This document shows positions 37,163 to 45,457 of a stretch of 64,000 bases of DNA, piece after piece. A program made the position numbers and the translations under genes. The notes under the pieces were generated by a model that saw only the letters and a list, made by a program, of their open reading frames with translations, was not told where the DNA came from and made no database searches. Each line of letters opens with the position of its first letter. Within the stretch, counting starts at the first letter, position 1. Source of the DNA: an uncultured Acidocella sp. (GTDB lineage: Bacteria > Pseudomonadota > Alphaproteobacteria > Acetobacterales > Acetobacteraceae); assembly GCA_963693045.1 (NCBI GenBank), contig OY843765.1, forward strand, positions 122,831-186,830, in the 5' to 3' direction.

Positions 37163-37611
37163 AAAGACTATGCGCCGTGCTTGCGTTCCTGGCTCTGGCG
37201 GGCTGCGCCAAGCCGCCGCCGCCGCCCCCGCCGCCGGTGCTGACGCTCAACATCATCGGCAGCACCGGGCAGAACCCTGACCCCGGCGGCCAGGGCAACA
37301 CGGTGGCGGTGCAGCTTTACCAGCTCACGGCCACCGGAAAATTCCAGTCGACCGATTTCTATTCGCTGACCGGCCAGGAGGCCGCGACCCTGGGGACGGA
37401 CGAGTCTGGCTCTTCCGAGCAGTTTCTGGTCGCACCCGCGGCGAAGCTGACCGAGACCCGGCCGCTGAAGCCGAACGTGGTGGCGGTCGGCCTCGCGGTT
37501 CTGTTCCGCAACATCAACCAGTCGACCTGGAAGCTGCTGGCGCCGGTGGCGCCGAACGGCCCCAGCGTCGTGACCTTGCGGATCAGCGGATTAACGGCGA
37601 CAGTGAAATGA
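37159..37611 (+). CDS. tssJ: T6SS outer-membrane lipoprotein TssJ (SciN)
   Basis: 150 aa. Lipobox LALAGC (Cys16), then 8 consecutive Pro, then a TssJ-like region (NTVAVQLYQLTATGKF). The ATG overlaps the tagH stop (ATGA). Confidence 0.8.
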   Translation: MKRLCAVLAFLALAGCAKPPPPPPPPVLTLNIIGSTGQNPDPGGQGNTVAVQLYQLTATGKFQSTDFYSLTGQEAATLGTDESGSSEQFLVAPAAKLTETRPLKPNVVAVGLAVLFRNINQSTWKLLAPVAPNGPSVVTLRISGLTATVK

Positions 37612-37668
37612 ATCGCCGCGCGGCATGACCAGCCGCAAGGCCGAACAGGGGGTTAAACAAACCGCGCG

Positions 37669-39000
37669 ATGAGCTGGACCAACCGCGTCGTCTGGGCAGA
37701 GGGGATGTTTCTGCGCTCGCAGCATTTCCAGCAGCAGGACCGCTGGCTGGAGGCGTTCGTGCGCGGCCGTGCCGCGGCGCTGCGGCCGCACAGCTGGGGC
37801 CTGACCCAGATGACGCTGGACAAGGACCTGCTCGGCACCGGCCGCTTCGCGGTAGCGGCGGCGTCCGGCGTATTCGAGGACGGCACGCCGTTTTCGCTGC
37901 CTGGCGAGACCGATCATCCGCCGCCCTTCGAGGTGCCGGACAACACCCGCGGCGTCCTGGTGCATCTGGCCCTGCCGATCCGCCAGAGTGGTGCCGTGGA
38001 AATTGCCGCCGCCGACGGCAGCGCCGAAGGCCGTTACAAGGCGCAGAGCTTCGAGGCCTACGACACCCATTCCGCCTCGCCGCAGGCCGCCGAGATTTTG
38101 GTCGGCCGGCTGAAGCTGCGCTACCTGCTGGAGAGCGAGGAGCGCGCCGGTTACCTGTGCATACCGGTGGCGCGGATCATGGAAGTCTCCGCCGACAAGC
38201 GGGTCACCCTGGATGAGAACTGGATGCCGCCGGCGCTGGTTTGCAGCGCGGTGCCGCCGCTGGCCGGGCTGATCACCGAATTCGCCGGCATGATCAACCA
38301 GCGGGGCGAGGCGCTGGCGGGGCGGGTCAACGCGCCAGGGGCGCGCGGCGTCGCCGAGGTTTCGGACTTCATGCTGCTGCAGGCGATCAACCGCTGGCAG
38401 GCCTTGCTGCGGCATTGGGCCGACGCGGCAAATATCCATCCGGAGACGCTGTACGCGGCCTATGTCGAGATGGCCGCCGAGTTCGCCACCTTCACCGATG
38501 TCAACCGCCGGCCCGGCACCTATCCCGGCTATCGGCACGAGGATTTGCAGCGCAGCTTCGCGCCGGTGGTGGCCGACCTGCGGCGCTCGCTTTCCGCCGT
38601 GATCGAAACCAACGCGATGGCGATCGCCCTGCAGGAACGCCGGCACGGCCTGCATGTCGGCGCCATCCTGGACCGCAACGTGTTGCGCGCCGCGAGCTTC
38701 GTGTTGAGCGTGCAGGCCGACGTGCCGACCGAGACGATGCGCCGGCTGTTCCCGGCGCAGGTCAAGATCGGCGCGGTGGAACAGATCCGCGAGCTGGTGA
38801 ACGTGGCGCTGCCGGGCATCGCGGTGCGGCCGCTGCCGGTCGCACCCCGGCAGATCCCGTTTTACGCCGGCGCCAGCTATTTCGAACTGGACCGCAACTC
38901 GCCGCACTGGCAGCAGATGCAAACCTCGGGCGGCTTCGCGATCCACGTCTCGGGCGAGTTTCCGAACCTGCGCATGGAACTGTGGGCGATCAAAGGCTAG
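37669..39000 (+). CDS. tssK: T6SS baseplate protein TssK (ImpJ)
   Basis: 443 aa. The N-terminus MSWTNRVVWAEGMFLRSQHFQQQDRW is characteristic of TssK. Confidence 0.9.
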   Translation: MSWTNRVVWAEGMFLRSQHFQQQDRWLEAFVRGRAAALRPHSWGLTQMTLDKDLLGTGRFAVAAASGVFEDGTPFSLPGETDHPPPFEVPDNTRGVLVHLALPIRQSGAVEIAAADGSAEGRYKAQSFEAYDTHSASPQAAEILVGRLKLRYLLESEERAGYLCIPVARIMEVSADKRVTLDENWMPPALVCSAVPPLAGLITEFAGMINQRGEALAGRVNAPGARGVAEVSDFMLLQAINRWQALLRHWADAANIHPETLYAAYVEMAAEFATFTDVNRRPGTYPGYRHEDLQRSFAPVVADLRRSLSAVIETNAMAIALQERRHGLHVGAILDRNVLRAASFVLSVQADVPTETMRRLFPAQVKIGAVEQIRELVNVALPGIAVRPLPVAPRQIPFYAGASYFELDRNSPHWQQMQTSGGFAIHVSGEFPNLRMELWAIKG

Positions 39001-39102
39001 AGCAATATGGCTTGAAGTCGGATCGCGAAGCGATCGACTGAGCCATGGAATTGCTCGCAAAATAAGGCTAGAGCGTGGTGAGTGCCAACTCATCACGCTC
39101 TA
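38997..39102 (-). repeat. REP/MITE-like repeat, copy C, plus adjoining 14-bp-stem hairpin (tssK-tssL spacer)
   Basis: The core 38997-39071 is bounded by CTAG at both ends, and the first CTAG contains the tssK TAG stop. 39069-39082 (tagagcgtggtgag) pairs with 39089-39102 (ctcatcacgctcta) with one G-T wobble. Confidence 0.8.
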
Positions 39103-39125
39103 CCAAGAAAAAAGGATTTGGCGCG

Positions 39126-40505
39126 ATGACCGATAATCCGTTTTCCGAGCCCGAGGATTCTGACCGCACCGTGATCCGGCCGATGCCGGGCGGCAAAAAA
39201 CCCGCCGCGCCGGCTGCCAGCCCCGCCTTCGGCGCGGCGGCTTCGCCGTTCGAGGCGGCGCCGAAATACGAGGCCGGGCCGGCGCCCCGGCAGGCCGACG
39301 CCCCGGAAACGATTGCGATGGGCGGCTCGCCTCTGGTCGCGGCCGCGGCGCCGCTGCTGCAATTACTGGCGCGGCTGCGCAACACGCTGAGCCAGCCGGA
39401 TAGCGGCGATCTGCGGGAGCGGGCGACCGCCGAGATCAGGCGGTTCGAGGAAACCGCACGGAGCCGGAACATTTCGATGGAGCAACTCCGCCCGGCGCAT
39501 TACGCGCTGTGCGCCAGCCTGGACGACGTGGTGCTGGCCACCCCCTGGGGCAGCCAGGGCGCCTGGGCGCAGCGCTCGTTGGTCTCGACCTTCCATCAGG
39601 AGGTCCGCTCCGGCGAGCGGTTCTTCGACGTGTTGCGGCAACTGCAACAAAATCCCGGCGGCTTCCTGCCGGTGCTGGAGCTGATGTATTTCTGCCTGTC
39701 GCTCGGCTACATGGGCCGCTACCGGCTGTCGCCGCGCGGCCCGGCCGAGATCGATAAAATTCGCGAGGATACCTACACCGTGATCCGCCGCCAGCTTCCG
39801 GCCGGGGAGGCGGGGCTGTCGCCGCATTGGCAGGGGATCGCGGCGCCCTACCGGGCCCGGCGGTTCGCCATCCCGCTCTGGCTGGCGGCGGTGGTGGCGG
39901 TGGGGCTGCTCGCTCTGGTCTATGGCCTGTTCCTGTTCTCGCTTGGCCGGCAGTCGAGTGCCGCGTTCGAGGCGCTGGTGACGGCGCCGCCGGCCGCGAT
40001 GCCGCAGATCGTGCGGGCGCAGCCGGTGGTGGCACCGCAGGAACCGGCGGCTTCGGGGCCGACCATCCTGCAACGGCTGAGCGGCTTTCTCTCGCCGGAG
40101 ATCGCCGCCGGCAAGGTCAGCGTGCTCGGCACCGTCAACGCGCCGATCGTGCGGATCAACAACACCGGATTGTTCGGCAGCGGCGCCGCGGTGGTGGAGG
40201 ATGACGACATAGCGCTGTTGCGCAAGATCGGCGCGGCGCTGGGGCGGGAGACCGGCAGCATCACCGTCACCGGCTACTCCGACAACCAGCCGATCCACAC
40301 GTTGCAGTTCCCGTCCAACTTCGAACTGTCGACGGCGCGGGCGCAGGCGGCGGCGCAGATCATGGACCAGACCATCGGCGATCAGAGCCGGATCACCGCC
40401 AAGGGCCTGGGCGACGCCGATCCGGTCGCCTCGAACGACACCGCCGCCGGCCGGGCGCAGAACCGGCGTATCGAAATCGTACTGAACCACGCCTTGCAGG
40501 ACTGA
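39126..40505 (+). CDS. tssL: T6SS membrane protein TssL (DotU/ImpK) with C-terminal OmpA/MotB peptidoglycan-binding domain
   Basis: 459 aa from ATG 39126 (MTDNPFSEPEDSDRTVIRP; AAGGA 10 nt upstream). One TM (LWLAAVVAVGLLALVYGLFLF). OmpA-like end (TVTGYSDNQP...AQNRRIEIVL). Confidence 0.9.
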   Translation: MTDNPFSEPEDSDRTVIRPMPGGKKPAAPAASPAFGAAASPFEAAPKYEAGPAPRQADAPETIAMGGSPLVAAAAPLLQLLARLRNTLSQPDSGDLRERATAEIRRFEETARSRNISMEQLRPAHYALCASLDDVVLATPWGSQGAWAQRSLVSTFHQEVRSGERFFDVLRQLQQNPGGFLPVLELMYFCLSLGYMGRYRLSPRGPAEIDKIREDTYTVIRRQLPAGEAGLSPHWQGIAAPYRARRFAIPLWLAAVVAVGLLALVYGLFLFSLGRQSSAAFEALVTAPPAAMPQIVRAQPVVAPQEPAASGPTILQRLSGFLSPEIAAGKVSVLGTVNAPIVRINNTGLFGSGAAVVEDDDIALLRKIGAALGRETGSITVTGYSDNQPIHTLQFPSNFELSTARAQAAAQIMDQTIGDQSRITAKGLGDADPVASNDTAAGRAQNRRIEIVLNHALQD

Positions 40506-40509
40506 GCGG

Positions 40510-43500
40510 TTGAAAAAAATTCTGGGCTTCTTCGTCTCGCGCTGGTTTCTGAGTCTGATCGGCGTCGCCGTGCTGGCGGCGCTGCTCTGGTTCTTCGGGC
40601 CGTTCATCGCGGCACTCGCGGGCATCGTCGTCCGGCTGGCGATCATCCTGTTGCTGTTGCTGGTCTGGCTGGGCGTGAACCTGTGGCTGGACCGCCGCCG
40701 CCGGCAGCGGGACGCGGCTCTGGCGGCCGGCGTCGCGGCGGCGACACCCGACGCCAATGCCGGCGCCGAGGAAGTCGCGGCGTTGTCGGACCGGCTGAAA
40801 ACCTCGCTAGCGCTGCTGCGCAAGGCGCGCGGCACCAAGGGCTACATCTACGAGCAGCCCTGGTACGCCATCATCGGCCCGCCCGGCGCCGGCAAGACCA
40901 CCGCACTCCTGAACGCCGGGCTGAAATTCCCGCTGGCGGCGGAAATGGGCCAGGGCGCGGTGGCCGGCGTCGGCGGCACCCGGCTCTGCGACTGGTGGTT
41001 CACCGAGGACGCGGTGCTGATCGACACCGCCGGGCGCTACACCACGCAGGATTCCGACGCCCGGGTCGACCGCGCCGGGTGGGAAGGTTTCCTCGACCTC
41101 TTGAAGCGGACCCGGGCGCGGCAGGCGCTGAACGGCGTGATCGTGGCGATCTCGCTGGCCGACATCGCCGCCGCGCCGCGCGAAGAACGCCTCGCCCACG
41201 CCCGCTCGATCCGCAAGCGGGTCAAGGAAATCACCGAGCGGCTGGGGCTGCGGCTGCCGGTCTACGCGCTGCTGACCAAGGCGGACCTGCTGGCCGGCTT
41301 CACCGAATTCTTCGACGACCTGGATGCCGAGCGGCGCGGCCAGGTCTGGGGCACCACCTTCGCGGCAGACGCGGACCGCCAGGGCGGGCCGGTGGCCCGT
41401 TTCGCGCCCGAATTCGCGCTCCTGGTCAAGCAGTTGGAAGACCGGATGCTGGACCGGCTGGCGGCCGAACGAAGCCCGGAGCGGCGGGCGATGATCGTCG
41501 GCTTCCCGACCCAGGTGGCAAGCCTGGAAGCGCCGTTGACCGAGTTCCTGACCGAAGCCTTCGGCGGCTCGACGCTCGATCCGGCGCCATTTTTGCGCGG
41601 CGTCTACATGACCTCCGGCACCCAGGAAGGCACGCCGATCGACCGGCTGACAGGGGCGCTGTCGCGCTCCTTCGGAATCGACCAGCGCCGCGCCCCCAGC
41701 CTGCGCGCCGCCTCCGGCCGCAGCTATTTTCTGACCCGGCTCCTGAACGACGTGATCTTCAACGAGGCGATGCTGGCGAGCGACAACCCGCAGGCGGTGC
41801 GCCGGCGGCGGGCGCTGCAAACCGCCGGCTTCGCTGCGGTGGCGCTGGTGTTTCTGGCGCTGCTGGCCGGGCTGGTGCTGAGCCGGAGCCACAACGCGGC
41901 GGCGATCGCGGCCAGCAACCAGGCCCGCGGCGGCTATGCCGGCACCGCCCAGGCGCTGCCGCTGAACCCGGTCAGCGACGCCAATCTGCTGAGCATTCTG
42001 CCGATGTTGGACCAGGCGCGGGACCTGCCGTTCGGCGCCGGCGACCAGTCCGCCCATGGCGGGATGGGCTTCGGGCTGAACCAGGCGCCGAAGCTCGCCG
42101 CCGGGGCCGGCACGCTTTATCTGAACGCGCTCGACAACGCGATGCTGCCGCGGCTGATCCTGCAACTCGAAGCAGAGATGCGCGGCGGCTTCGACCGGCC
42201 GGACTTCCTCTACCAGGCGACCCGGGTTTACCTGATGCTGGGCGGCCAGGGGCCGCTCGACAAGCCGCTCGTCGAGGCCTGGATGAGCCTCGACTGGCAG
42301 CGGCTGTATCCGGGCCTGGCCGCGCAGCCGGTGCGCGACGACCTGATGGCGCATCTGCAAGCGCTGCTGGCCGCACCCCTGCCGGCCGTGCCGCTGGATG
42401 GCGGGCTGGTCGAGGCGGCGCGGGCGACGTTCAGCCGGGTCTCGGTGGCGGACCGGGTCTATTCGCGGATCCGTGGCTCGGCAGAGGCGGCGGAGGTGCC
42501 GCCCTGGGTGCCGGGGGACGCGATGGGCGCCGCCGGCGCCGGGCTGTTCGCCCGCGCCTCCGGCAAGCCGCTGACCGAGGGCATCCCCGGCTTCTTCACG
42601 GTCAAGGGCTTCCACCTGGTGCTGCTGCCGGCGCTGGCGCACTCGGCGCAGGATGTGGCGGGCGAAAGCTGGGTGCTCGGCACCGAAAGCCAGGTCGATC
42701 CGACCAGCCCGGAAATGGTCAACCTCGAAGTCAACGTCATCAAGCTCTACGAGGCGGATTACGAAGCCGCGTGGAACGCCATGCTGGGCGACATCAACCT
42801 GGCCCCTTCCAGCAACATCGGCCAGTCGGTGCAGAACCTTTACGTGCTCTCCAGCCCGCAATCGCCGATGGCGAAGTTGCTCGGCAGCGTGGCGGAGCAG
42901 TTGCAGCTTTCCAAGGCGCCAGCCTTGCCGCCCGGCGCCGCGCCCGCCGCCGCGAAGCTGCCGGGCGCCTCGGCGGTGAGCACGGAGGCGGCGGCGCTGC
43001 AGGGGCTGATCGGCCCGGCGGCGGTCGGGTCGGCGCCGGCGCCGCCTGGCGCGGAGGTCGATGCCTACTACCAGCCGCTGATCAACTATGTCGGCAGCGG
43101 GCCGGGGGCGCCGATGTCGCTGACGCTGAACCTGATGAGCAGCCTGCAGCAGCAACTGGCGGCACTGGCGGCCGCGGCGCCGGGCGCCGGCGCCCCGGCG
43201 GCGCCCGCGGCCGGCGGCGACCCGGCCTCGTTGCTGCAAGGCGAGGCCGCCACCGATCCGCAGCCGGTGGCGCGCTGGCTGCTGGCGCTGGTCGGCAACG
43301 CCGATTCGCTGCGTGGCGGCAGCGCCGCGCAGGCGGCGGCGGCGGCGTTCAACGGCGCCGGCGGGCCGGCGCAGCTCTGCCAGCAGGCCGTGGTCGGCCG
43401 CTACCCGTTCACCGAAAGCTCTTCGACCGACATCCCGCTCGGCGACTTCGCGCGTCTGTTCGCGCCGAACGGCCTGATCGACACCTTCTTCTCGACCCAG

Positions 43501-44040
43501 GTGCGGCAGTTCGTCGACATGTCCGGCAGCACCTGGCGCATCCAGGCGGTGAACGGGGTGACACCGCCGATCAGCCAGGGCGCGCTGGCGGAGTTCCAGC
43601 GCGCGGAGAACATCCGGCAGTTGTTCTTCGCCACCGGCGCGACGCCGGCGGTGCAGTTCAGCATCACGCCGACCACGCTCGACCCCGGCGCCGCGCAAGT
43701 CTCGCTGCAACTGGGCGCGCTTGCCGTAAGTTACGCCCATGGCCCGCCGGTGCCGACGCAGATTTCCTGGCCGGGTGCCGATGGGATGCAGACGGCGCGG
43801 TTGATCATCACGCCGGCGGCCGGCGGCAGCCCGGCCGAGATCGACGCCAGCGGCCCCTGGGCGCTGTTCCGGCTGTTCGCGCAAGGCAGCCTGATGCAGG
43901 CCGGCTCGTCCGACCAGTACACGCTCACCTTCTCGCAAGGCGGCCATACCGCCGGCTTCAATATCGAGGCTGGGTCGGTGCTGAACCCGTTCACGCCGGG
44001 CGTGCTGGAGAATTTTCGTTGCCCGAGTTTGCAGGGATGA
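40510..44040 (+). CDS. tssM: T6SS membrane ATPase-like protein TssM (IcmF)
   Basis: 1176 aa. TTG start lies 4 nt after the tssL stop. N-terminal TM helices, Walker A GPPGAGKTT and a large IcmF-type periplasmic region. Confidence 0.95.
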   Translation: MKKILGFFVSRWFLSLIGVAVLAALLWFFGPFIAALAGIVVRLAIILLLLLVWLGVNLWLDRRRRQRDAALAAGVAAATPDANAGAEEVAALSDRLKTSLALLRKARGTKGYIYEQPWYAIIGPPGAGKTTALLNAGLKFPLAAEMGQGAVAGVGGTRLCDWWFTEDAVLIDTAGRYTTQDSDARVDRAGWEGFLDLLKRTRARQALNGVIVAISLADIAAAPREERLAHARSIRKRVKEITERLGLRLPVYALLTKADLLAGFTEFFDDLDAERRGQVWGTTFAADADRQGGPVARFAPEFALLVKQLEDRMLDRLAAERSPERRAMIVGFPTQVASLEAPLTEFLTEAFGGSTLDPAPFLRGVYMTSGTQEGTPIDRLTGALSRSFGIDQRRAPSLRAASGRSYFLTRLLNDVIFNEAMLASDNPQAVRRRRALQTAGFAAVALVFLALLAGLVLSRSHNAAAIAASNQARGGYAGTAQALPLNPVSDANLLSILPMLDQARDLPFGAGDQSAHGGMGFGLNQAPKLAAGAGTLYLNALDNAMLPRLILQLEAEMRGGFDRPDFLYQATRVYLMLGGQGPLDKPLVEAWMSLDWQRLYPGLAAQPVRDDLMAHLQALLAAPLPAVPLDGGLVEAARATFSRVSVADRVYSRIRGSAEAAEVPPWVPGDAMGAAGAGLFARASGKPLTEGIPGFFTVKGFHLVLLPALAHSAQDVAGESWVLGTESQVDPTSPEMVNLEVNVIKLYEADYEAAWNAMLGDINLAPSSNIGQSVQNLYVLSSPQSPMAKLLGSVAEQLQLSKAPALPPGAAPAAAKLPGASAVSTEAAALQGLIGPAAVGSAPAPPGAEVDAYYQPLINYVGSGPGAPMSLTLNLMSSLQQQLAALAAAAPGAGAPAAPAAGGDPASLLQGEAATDPQPVARWLLALVGNADSLRGGSAAQAAAAAFNGAGGPAQLCQQAVVGRYPFTESSSTDIPLGDFARLFAPNGLIDTFFSTQVRQFVDMSGSTWRIQAVNGVTPPISQGALAEFQRAENIRQLFFATGATPAVQFSITPTTLDPGAAQVSLQLGALAVSYAHGPPVPTQISWPGADGMQTARLIITPAAGGSPAEIDASGPWALFRLFAQGSLMQAGSSDQYTLTFSQGGHTAGFNIEAGSVLNPFTPGVLENFRCPSLQG

Positions 44041-44050
44041 ACCGCTCGCG

Positions 44051-45349
44051 ATGAACTTTCAGCCGGCAATGACCGGGCTGTTCGGCAAGCTGCCGGCGCG
44101 GGGCGACTTCGTGCGTGCCGGGCTGCCGGAGGATTTCGTTACCGCCTGGGATGGCTGGTGCCGGGAGATGCTGGCGGCGTCCCGTGACGCACTGGGCGAC
44201 GGCTGGCCACCGGCCTGGCTGGAGGCGCCGATCTGGCGGTTTCTGCTGCCGGCGGGAGCCTGCGGCGCGCGGGCGGTTCTGGGGGTCTGGCTGCCGAGCG
44301 TGGACAAGGTCGGCCGGCAGTACCCGATCGTGCTTTGCGCCCTGGCCAACGCGGCCGAGGATCTGCGCGACGGCGGCGCTTGGGCGGAACGCGCCGAGGC
44401 GGCGGGGCTGGACGGCGTGGTGCGGGACGCGCCGCACGAGGCGCTGGCGGCGCGTCTGGCGCTGCCGGTCGATACCGCGCCGCTGCCCCCGCCCGGCTGG
44501 TGGACCGAGGGCAGCCCGAACGTGGCACCACGGCGGCTGGAAATCGCCGGGCTGATCCCGCCGGACCAGAGCGTCTGGGATGCTGCGCGATCTTGCCCCC
44601 ACGGAGCGCGGCTGATGGGGGTGAAGCACTGGGCAATGACCAATGCCGGCGCGGTGCGCAAGCATAACGAGGATAACATGCTGAGCCGGCCCGACCTCGG
44701 ACTGTGGGCGGTAGCGGATGGCGCCGGCGGCCACCAGTCCGGCGAGCTGGCTTCCGGCATGATCGTCGCCGAGTTGGACCGGCTGGCGCCGCATCTGCCT
44801 GGTGCCGAATTGCTGGCGCAGGTGCGGCTGACGCTGGGGCGGGTGCACGAGACGTTGCGCGCGGCGGCAGCGGCGCGCGGGCCGCAGGTGGTGATCGCCT
44901 CCACCTTCGCGGCGCTGATCCTGCGGGACCGGCATTTCGCTTGTCTCTGGGCCGGTGACTCGCGGGTCTATCTGCTGCGCGCCGGGGTGCTCTCGCAGGT
45001 CAGCCGGGACCACAGCCTGGTGCAGGAACTGGTCGATAGCGGCGATCTGGCGGCGGCGGATGCCGAGCACCACCCGCACGCCAACGTCATCACCCGCGCG
45101 GTCGGCGGCGGCGGGGAAAGCCTGGAGCTGGACAAGGTAATCGGCCAGGTCGAGCCGGGCGACCGCTTTCTGTTGTGCAGCGACGGCTTGAGCAAGACCT
45201 TGTCGGAGACCGAAATCGCCAGCCTGCTCGCAGCACCAGACGGCGTGCCGCCGCCGGAGCTGCTGATTGCCGCGGCACTGGCGCATAACGTGAACGACAA
45301 CGTCACGGCGGTGGTGGTGGAGCTCGAGCGCGAGAGACGTATGGCTTGA
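44051..45349 (+). CDS. tagF: TagF (DUF2094) - PP2C Ser/Thr phosphatase (PppA) fusion protein
   Basis: 432 aa in a single frame. Residues ~1-185 are TagF-like (GLFGKLPARGDFV, WLPSVDKVGRQYP); residues ~190-430 are PP2C (RKHNEDN, WAVADGAGGH, LLCSDGL, DNVTAVVV). Confidence 0.85.
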   Translation: MNFQPAMTGLFGKLPARGDFVRAGLPEDFVTAWDGWCREMLAASRDALGDGWPPAWLEAPIWRFLLPAGACGARAVLGVWLPSVDKVGRQYPIVLCALANAAEDLRDGGAWAERAEAAGLDGVVRDAPHEALAARLALPVDTAPLPPPGWWTEGSPNVAPRRLEIAGLIPPDQSVWDAARSCPHGARLMGVKHWAMTNAGAVRKHNEDNMLSRPDLGLWAVADGAGGHQSGELASGMIVAELDRLAPHLPGAELLAQVRLTLGRVHETLRAAAAARGPQVVIASTFAALILRDRHFACLWAGDSRVYLLRAGVLSQVSRDHSLVQELVDSGDLAAADAEHHPHANVITRAVGGGGESLELDKVIGQVEPGDRFLLCSDGLSKTLSETEIASLLAAPDGVPPPELLIAAALAHNVNDNVTAVVVELERERRMA

Positions 45350-45372
45350 AGCCGGATCGCGCGACGATCGAT
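45337..45372 (-). repeat. REP/MITE-like repeat, truncated copy D
   Basis: gacgtatggcttgaagccggatcgcgcgacgatcgatc matches one arm of copy C only. The tagF-pppA stop codon (atggcTTGAag) lies inside it. Confidence 0.65.
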
Positions 45373-45457
45373 CTACCACCCGTAATCGTGAGCCGGCGTT
45401 AGCCGGCCGCTTCGCGGCATCGGAATGACAAGATGACCGTTCTTAAGCGGCGGCCTC

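Noticed and set aside
40683-44054. 1123-aa alternative-frame ORF inside tssM, and a 1046-aa antisense ORF (40807..43947).
   Set aside because: Same GC-driven artefact. The tssM frame carries the Walker A motif and IcmF features; the others are Arg/Gly/Pro-rich repeats.
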